Notes under the pieces: model-generated
What the model saw: the letters and a program-made list of their open reading frames with translations, nothing else
What the model was told of the DNA's origin: nothing
Database searches by the model: none
In this document: one piece after another, positions 57,995 through 64,000 of the stretch
Layout of the letters: each line of letters begins with the position of its first letter
Position numbering within the stretch: position 1 is the first letter of the stretch
NCBI GenBank assembly: GCA_910588545.1
Contig: CAJUOU010000002.1
Coordinates: 96,228-160,227, forward strand
From: an uncultured Christensenellaceae bacterium
GTDB taxonomy: Bacteria > Bacillota > Clostridia > Christensenellales > UBA3700
Direction: 5' to 3'
Length of the DNA: 64,000 nt
Made by a program: the position numbers and the translations under genes

Positions 57995-58966
57995 TCAGCT
58001 ATACTTTTCAGTTTTTACCGAGCGACTAAACAAAGAAGATAACGCATCTTTTAAATCGGCTTTTTCAAACAAAACTTTATATACCGCTTCCGTAATAGGC
58101 ATATCAACATTCAAAGCTTTTGCTTTTTTATAAACTGCCTCGGACGTTTTAACACCCTCTGCTAGTTTTTCAAAAGGTTGCCCCAAAGCCAATTTTTCAC
58201 CAAAATTACGGTTGTTTGAATACTTGGAAAACAAAGTTGTTTCATAATCCCCCAAATGAGTCAATCCATAAGCTGTATATCCGTCGCCACCCATTGCAGT
58301 TATAAATTTTGAAACCTCAAAAGCACCTCGTACCATAAGCGGACCTTTCATTGCACCGTAACCCAAGCCGTCAAGTACTCCTGCACAAATTCCCATAATA
58401 TTTTTACAAGCTGCACCTATCTCATTACCTATTATGTCATTGCCATAATAAAATCTGATAAGTTCGCTCGCCAAATTATCTGCCAAATAACAAGTCAAAT
58501 CTTTATTGTAGCTATCTATAGTCATACAATTAGGTATACCGCGAGTAAAATCCTGTATATGCCCCGGACCAAGCCAAACTGCCAAATTATTTTTATCGAT
58601 ACCCTCTTCGATACAAACCTCTGTAAGTCTTTTGCCGCTCGGAGTTTCAAGCCCTTTCATGCAAAGCACAAATTTTTTACCGCAAATATCGTAGTTATTA
58701 TTGATATTTCGTATAAATTCACGCAAATTTTGCGCGGAAATACTAATAATTACTATATCCGCAAAGTTTAAAGCCACAGATAAATCACTTGTTAAAGTGA
58801 TATTGTCATTTAATTTTACGTATTCATTTTGTCTTGTATTTTTAAGTTGCAAATAGTTAGCACTTGTAGCTCTTCCGTAAAGACAAGTATCATAATTCTT
58901 TATATCCGATAAATACCAACTTATAAAGGACCCCCATCGTCCACAACCCAATACCGAAAATTTCAT
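57995..58966 (-). CDS. gpsA: NAD(P)H-dependent glycerol-3-phosphate dehydrogenase
   Basis: N-terminal Rossmann motif VLGCGRWGS and a GpsA-like C-terminal domain (NRNFGEKLALG...EGVKTSEAVYK). Confidence 0.85.
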   Translation of the reverse strand: MKFSVLGCGRWGSFISWYLSDIKNYDTCLYGRATSANYLQLKNTRQNEYVKLNDNITLTSDLSVALNFADIVIISISAQNLREFIRNINNNYDICGKKFVLCMKGLETPSGKRLTEVCIEEGIDKNNLAVWLGPGHIQDFTRGIPNCMTIDSYNKDLTCYLADNLASELIRFYYGNDIIGNEIGAACKNIMGICAGVLDGLGYGAMKGPLMVRGAFEVSKFITAMGGDGYTAYGLTHLGDYETTLFSKYSNNRNFGEKLALGQPFEKLAEGVKTSEAVYKKAKALNVDMPITEAVYKVLFEKADLKDALSSLFSRSVKTEKYS

Positions 58967-59096
58967 ACTACAATCCTTTTATAAAATTATTGCTGTTTTA
59001 GATAACAAATTAATCTAGATATTATTATAGCATAAAATAAAGTTTTTGGCAAGAGCAAATATTGTATCAAATTGTATATTTTACACCAATGCCAAA

Positions 59097-59474
59097 TTAT
59101 AAATTTGCCATAGCAGTGTTTATTTCGGAAAGTTTGCGGATTTTATCCAAAGCTATTTTATCCAACTCTGCAATATTATGATGACACTCCATTTGAAGCC
59201 TGTCACATCTCATTTTTTCATTGCATATTCTGTCATAATTATCTAGCCACTCTTCGATTTCCATTTTTTCAGTAACCAAATTATTTAAAATAGTACGATT
59301 TTTGACGTGTTTTTTATAGCTTTTATCATCATATACTATCTTACCGTCCACATATTTTGCAAAAAGCAATTTATCTGTATCAACTTCGTAATTATCTTCC
59401 AAACAACCTGCTTTAAAATTTTCTACTACTTCAGTCAAATTCCCGTCTTTGTCAATTTTTATATACATTTTCAT
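59097..59474 (-). CDS. small phage-like accessory protein (possible tail-fibre assembly/XkdW-like)
   Basis: 125 aa. 4-nt overlap with the fibre-like gene. No diagnostic motif; called from context. Confidence 0.35.
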   Translation of the reverse strand: MKMYIKIDKDGNLTEVVENFKAGCLEDNYEVDTDKLLFAKYVDGKIVYDDKSYKKHVKNRTILNNLVTEKMEIEEWLDNYDRICNEKMRCDRLQMECHHNIAELDKIALDKIRKLSEINTAMANL

Positions 59475-60634
59475 CCCTCCAATAAAATATATCTATAATA
59501 TCCCGTAGTTCTCTTACCCGATGTTTGGCATTGACAATAAAACTTTACGGTTGTATTTGCATCCAAATAATCACACAAAACTACACCCATAGCGGCAGGC
59601 GATAATGTATGCCCGATATTGCTTACCGCACCTGTTGTGTTTCCTGCACTTTTCACAGGCAAAATTCCTACTTTAGACACTGCTGCACCACTATTACAAC
59701 TGCCAAAAAACACAACCAAATAACCTTTTGCAGGGGTGGTAATTGTACTAACCTCCGAATAAGTTGTTGAAGAAGTAAAAGTAAATTCTCCAGAATCTTT
59801 ATGGAATTTTTTCAAATTATTATTAATATATTGGGTAGAATAAACTTCGCTGGCACTTGAATAATACTCATTTTTAACAGCCGAGGTATTTAGTTTACCA
59901 CTAAGACCGTTTTCAACATTTGTGACCTTACTACTTATTTGAGAAATACTACCATTTAAACTGCTTATATCTCCTTTCAATTCATTTTGCACTTCGGCAA
60001 TCACACTTTTATTTTCTTCTATTTTACTTGTATTGTTGCTTATACTCCCCTCTACTCCAACAAGTTGACTTTTTAAATTATCGGCAACATTTTCGATTTT
60101 TCCGTCTATAACCGTTTGATACTCTGCAAGCTTGTCATCTACTGCTTTAAGTTGCGCCTCTACAATGTCGGTAATTTGAGCAGGCACGCTTTCTATCATT
60201 TTGTCAACAATGTCAATTTTATCAGACACACTTGTCACGACATTTTGGGCATATTCAAAAAAATCGCGTCTCTCACTGCTATCCAAAGCATTACTTGCAA
60301 GTATTGATTGCTTTATTACAAACAATGGGTTACTTGCTATCAACGAACGGCTGATAAGTGCAGCATCTTCATTAGACATTATTATCATTTGCACATAAAC
60401 TTCCCCGATATACTCTGATATCCCACGCGGTAAAATTATCTCGTATTCCTTATCGGCAGTACGAGTCAGTTTTTGACTTATGTATTTGACATTACGCGGA
60501 CAGGCGAACTCCAAATAATAATTAGCGTCATTCCTCTCTTCCTCTAAAACTACCGAGACTTTAATTTCCCCGCAATCTTGCGGCAAATCGAGAGTATCGA
60601 CTTCCAAAACACCGTTTTTAAAATATTTTATCAT
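59471..60634 (-). CDS. phage tail-fibre/receptor-binding-like protein (N-terminal beta domain, coiled-coil stalk, C-terminal beta-sandwich)
   Basis: Central heptad-like region (VEAQLKAVDDKLAEYQTVIDGKIENVADNLKSQLVGVEGSISNNTSKIEENKSVIAEVQNELKGDISSLNGSISQISSKVTNVENGL). No signal peptide. Confidence 0.5.
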   Translation of the reverse strand: MIKYFKNGVLEVDTLDLPQDCGEIKVSVVLEEERNDANYYLEFACPRNVKYISQKLTRTADKEYEIILPRGISEYIGEVYVQMIIMSNEDAALISRSLIASNPLFVIKQSILASNALDSSERRDFFEYAQNVVTSVSDKIDIVDKMIESVPAQITDIVEAQLKAVDDKLAEYQTVIDGKIENVADNLKSQLVGVEGSISNNTSKIEENKSVIAEVQNELKGDISSLNGSISQISSKVTNVENGLSGKLNTSAVKNEYYSSASEVYSTQYINNNLKKFHKDSGEFTFTSSTTYSEVSTITTPAKGYLVVFFGSCNSGAAVSKVGILPVKSAGNTTGAVSNIGHTLSPAAMGVVLCDYLDANTTVKFYCQCQTSGKRTTGYYRYILLEG

Positions 60635-60802
60635 ACAAACTCCTTTTTATTTTTATGCTAACATTGATTTTGCAAATGGCAATATTTTTATGACAAATTA
60701 AATTAAAATTAAACACAAAATTACACTTCGGTATTATCCATTTGACTGTAAATTTTGTATTTAATTTTCATAATTGTAAAAAATCCATAATTGTCTTATA
60801 AC

Positions 60803-60832
60803 AAAAAAGTCTGCTGTTTGGCAGACTTTTTC
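60803..60832 (-). terminator. intrinsic terminator after secF
   Basis: AGTCTGC/GCAGACT stem flanked by A6 and T5. Confidence 0.7.
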
Positions 60833-60850
60833 AATCTAATTTTATGTTAA

Positions 60851-61912
60851 TTATACAACCGCAGTATCTTTTACTTCTTTTTTCTCTTTTACTTTTTTAG
60901 GTTTTGCGATTTTGTTTTTATTTTTAACTGAAGAAGCATCACTTGCATTTTTCATTAAGCAGTACAAAGATGGAGCAATGAATATTGACGAGAAAGTACC
61001 TGCAAGCAAACCAAACAATACAGGAAGAGCAAACTCTCTAATTGAAGAAACTCCTATAATTGCCAAAATAACAATCGCAGCCATAGTTGTAATAGTAGTC
61101 AAAATACTTCTTGATAAAGTTTGTGCGATAGATTTGTTTACAACCATATTATTATTTACACTCTCACCTACAGGCAAAGATTTATAGTTTTCTCTTACTC
61201 TGTCAAACAATACGATAGTATTATTAATTGAGTAAGCAATAATCGTAATAATTGCCGCAATAAATGACGAGTTAATTTGAATATGGAAAATAATCGTCAA
61301 AGCAAAAACTATCAAAACGTCATGTATCAATGCGATAACCGCAGACAATCCTGTAAATACATTTCTAAATCTAATTACAATGTAAACCAAAATCAACAAA
61401 GTGGAAATTAATACCGACAAAAATGCTGTCAAAATCAATTCCTTTTGTACACTTGGTCCATTACGTTCTATTGTAATGTTATTTACAATATCACTACTAA
61501 GTTTCGCATTTAGCGTTTGAATTATCTCATCGGTAATTTGGTTGTTGACTTCCGCATCTTTTGATAGTGAATTAAATCTTACTACCACATCCAATGTTGT
61601 ATCGCCCGCCATTTGGTCATAGCTTATTTTTGCATTTTTTTCTGCAAGCACATCTTTAACTACATTTAAAGTTTCGTTGTATTTTGCATTTGCGTCACTT
61701 GCGTTTGCATCGTATTTAGTTTGAATTGTAATAATGTTACCGCCCGCAAAGTCAATACCTATATTAACACCCAAAGCAGCATCTTTATTAACACCCGCAT
61801 AAATACCAAAAGCAATTAACGCGATTAAGAAAATAGCCAACGGAACAGAAATCCAATACTTCCATTTTTCTACGACTTTTTTACCAGCCAATGTAAAATT
61901 AATCTTTTTCAT
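60851..61912 (-). CDS. secF: protein translocase subunit SecF
   Basis: SecF pattern (GIDFAGG, six TM helices, RFRN...HDVLIV). Start overlaps the secD stop by 1 nt. Confidence 0.9.
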   Translation of the reverse strand: MKKINFTLAGKKVVEKWKYWISVPLAIFLIALIAFGIYAGVNKDAALGVNIGIDFAGGNIITIQTKYDANASDANAKYNETLNVVKDVLAEKNAKISYDQMAGDTTLDVVVRFNSLSKDAEVNNQITDEIIQTLNAKLSSDIVNNITIERNGPSVQKELILTAFLSVLISTLLILVYIVIRFRNVFTGLSAVIALIHDVLIVFALTIIFHIQINSSFIAAIITIIAYSINNTIVLFDRVRENYKSLPVGESVNNNMVVNKSIAQTLSRSILTTITTMAAIVILAIIGVSSIREFALPVLFGLLAGTFSSIFIAPSLYCLMKNASDASSVKNKNKIAKPKKVKEKKEVKDTAVV

Positions 61913-63417
61913 TATGCATTTACCTCCGCTGTTTCAGTCTTATTGTTGTCATTTACAACTGCTTTATCTGCATTTTTATCTTGAACAGGCTCGGCAATTT
62001 GTTTAGCATTATTTTTATAATCTATCGAATAATCTACATCCTTAACATTTAAGCCATAAAGTTTTGTAGAATCGTCATTAAATGCAAGGAAACATTTAAT
62101 CATTAAACGGCAAACAAGCAACGAGCTTATCAAAGATATAACGATACCTATTAGCAATGTGATGGCAAATCCTTTAATAGAGCTAATAGCTACGATAGCA
62201 AGTACGATAGCACCAATCAAAGTTGTTACGTTACCGTCAATAATTGCAGATAATGAATTTTTAAAACCTTGAGTCACACTTGCACGGATATCTCTTTGGT
62301 TGTTACCTGCCATAAGTTCTCTTATTCTCTCAAATATAATTACGTTCGCATCCACCGCCATACCTATCGACAGCAAAATACCCGCAATACCGGGAAGTGT
62401 CAACTGTACCCAAGGGAATATAGATAAGATAAATATATAAGTCAATGCAAAGAAAATCAATGACAATGATGCTGCTAAGCCTAACATTCTATATCTTGCA
62501 ATCATAATGATAAAGATAATCAAAAGTCCTACGCCGCCGGCAATCAAACCGTGATTGATTGCATTTTTTCCTAACGTTGCGGAAATTACGTTTGAGCTAT
62601 CCATACTAAGTTTCACACCCAAAGCACCCGACTGAATTTGAATAGCATATTGGTTAGCAGTTTCATAAGTATAGTCGCCTGTAATAACTGCTTGTCCATT
62701 TGTAATTGCACTATTTACTTTAGGAGCCATCAAAGGTCTGCCGTCCAAGAAAATACCCAAATACTTACCATTTAAGTTAGTGGTTGCCTCCGAGAATTTT
62801 TTGGTACCGTTTCTGTTAAATTTAAGTTGAATAACATATTTACCTTCTTGCATACCGACACTAGCCATTTGAATGTCCGAGCCGCTTACAAGCAAATCAT
62901 CGTTAGCTTTTGTTATATTACCTTGACTATCGACATTAGCTTCATACATAGTAAGTGTAGCAGGTTTTGCAATCAACGCAAACAATTCGTCAGGGTCATC
63001 GACATCGGGAACTTCTACACGAATTTTTTGATTATCTCCGCTACCATTTACAGTTACTTGGGCTTCGGTATAGCCCCTACTTGTCAAAAGGTCGGTCAAA
63101 CGAGATACCGTACCTTGAACTGCACTGTCAAAAGCATAGTTCACTTCGTCCGTTTTACTTGTATCTCCCTCATATTTATTTTTTATAAAATCGTCCTTGT
63201 CAACATTGAAAACTGCGTACACACCGCCTTTCAAATCCAATCCAAGTTTAATGTTGCTCGCAAAGTTATTATAATCAACAATGCCAAGCTGTCCGTCTTG
63301 AAGTGGAACAAAGGCAAAGACTGCGCCTAAAATCACAAGCAAAGCAAAAATAGTCAGAATAGCAATACTCCAACCTTTTGTAAGCCCTTTGGATTTTAAT
63401 TTACTATTATTTTTCAC
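61912..63417 (-). CDS. secD: protein translocase subunit SecD
   Basis: SecD pattern (LGLDLKGG, periplasmic domain, C-terminal six-TM bundle with VDANVIIFERIRE). Confidence 0.9.
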   Translation of the reverse strand: MKNNSKLKSKGLTKGWSIAILTIFALLVILGAVFAFVPLQDGQLGIVDYNNFASNIKLGLDLKGGVYAVFNVDKDDFIKNKYEGDTSKTDEVNYAFDSAVQGTVSRLTDLLTSRGYTEAQVTVNGSGDNQKIRVEVPDVDDPDELFALIAKPATLTMYEANVDSQGNITKANDDLLVSGSDIQMASVGMQEGKYVIQLKFNRNGTKKFSEATTNLNGKYLGIFLDGRPLMAPKVNSAITNGQAVITGDYTYETANQYAIQIQSGALGVKLSMDSSNVISATLGKNAINHGLIAGGVGLLIIFIIMIARYRMLGLAASLSLIFFALTYIFILSIFPWVQLTLPGIAGILLSIGMAVDANVIIFERIRELMAGNNQRDIRASVTQGFKNSLSAIIDGNVTTLIGAIVLAIVAISSIKGFAITLLIGIVISLISSLLVCRLMIKCFLAFNDDSTKLYGLNVKDVDYSIDYKNNAKQIAEPVQDKNADKAVVNDNNKTETAEVNA

Positions 63418-63540
63418 CGTATGCCTCCTATCATCAACCCACTATAAAAATGCTTTAAAAGTATATATTTATTATAGTCAAAGTTAAATCACATTTTAAC
63501 ATAAATTATTTATTTTATTTCAATCGCTTTAATATAATTG

Positions 63541-64000
63541 TTATTTTGTGCCTGTAGCTTCAATCGCACTTATTGCAAGTGAAAGTTCAAATCTTTTTTT
63601 CATCATTTCGCAACTTATGGAATAAGGCGTGCTTATATCCCCGCAAAAATGAATATTATTTGCACAACATCCGCCGCTGCAATAATATTTTGCAGGACAA
63701 TTTTGACACTGCGGCTTGTTTGTAACAATATTTGTTGCAAACTTTTTGCTAATTTCCAAACTAAAATCGTCATTCAAAACATTGCCTAGCTTGTAATTTG
63801 TCTCTCCCGCAAATTGATGACAAGGATAAATATCTCCGTAAGGCGTAACCGCCAAATATTCACACCCGGCACCGCAGCCTGTAAGCCTTTTTTTAATGCA
63901 AGGTCCACCCTCTAAATCAAGCATAAAATGAAAAAAGTTAAACCATTTTCCATTTGCACGTGAATCAAGGTACTCTTTAGCAAGCTTTTCGTACTCCGCA
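63541..64000 (-). CDS. radical SAM/SPASM-domain peptide-maturase-type enzyme, C-terminal part (gene continues beyond the window end)
   Basis: The reading frame stays open upstream of the track ATG to position 64000 (AEYEKLAKEYLDSRANGKWFNFFHF...). SPASM Cys motifs CGAGCEYLAVTPYGDIYPCHQF and CQNCPAKYYCSGGCCANN. Confidence 0.75.
   Translation of the reverse strand, partial: AEYEKLAKEYLDSRANGKWFNFFHFMLDLEGGPCIKKRLTGCGAGCEYLAVTPYGDIYPCHQFAGETNYKLGNVLNDDFSLEISKKFATNIVTNKPQCQNCPAKYYCSGGCCANNIHFCGDISTPYSISCEMMKKRFELSLAISAIEATGTK

Noticed and set aside
1-64000. CRISPR arrays, rRNA/tRNA genes, IS elements or intact prophage
   Set aside because: No regularly spaced direct repeats, no tRNA-like T-arm/acceptor signatures or rRNA-like conserved blocks, and no transposase or complete integrase ORF were seen while reading both strands. 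The only repeat families found are the inverton IRs with their adjacent modules and the degV tandem duplication.

Overview
AT-rich, low-GC Firmicutes (Clostridia-like, probably host-associated anaerobe) chromosomal segment with about 50 protein genes, mostly on the minus strand. Housekeeping genes: valS, argS, ychF, der, hslO, pgsA, gpsA, secD/secF, and an L-box (lysine riboswitch)-controlled asd-dapA-dapB operon. Accessory content: a GH20 hexosaminidase locus with two GPH/MFS transporters, tandem DegV paralogs, several lipoproteins, an S1 protease next to a degenerate paralog, spore-type genes (CE4 deacetylase, DUF1540, CotS-like kinase), an orphan phage-tail-fibre-like gene pair, and a decayed integrase/LRR pseudogene patch. 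No rRNA, tRNA, CRISPR array or intact mobile element was seen. The main result is two paralogous invertible promoters (invertons) at 9952-10126 and 14034-14212. Each is a consensus TTGACA-18-TATAAT promoter bracketed by 27-28 bp inverted repeats, placed directly upstream of a large surface protein gene (a Pmp-repeat/dockerin protein and a 1154-aa MBG-repeat membrane adhesin). Both promoters face away from their gene (OFF). In that state each reads into a conserved ~100-nt non-coding module that ends at a terminator, so the switch may have two outputs. No recombinase gene is in the window. A GC-rich ~185-nt candidate sRNA of unknown class lies next to the second switch. All calls come from reading the sequence and ORF translations by eye; no database searches were run.
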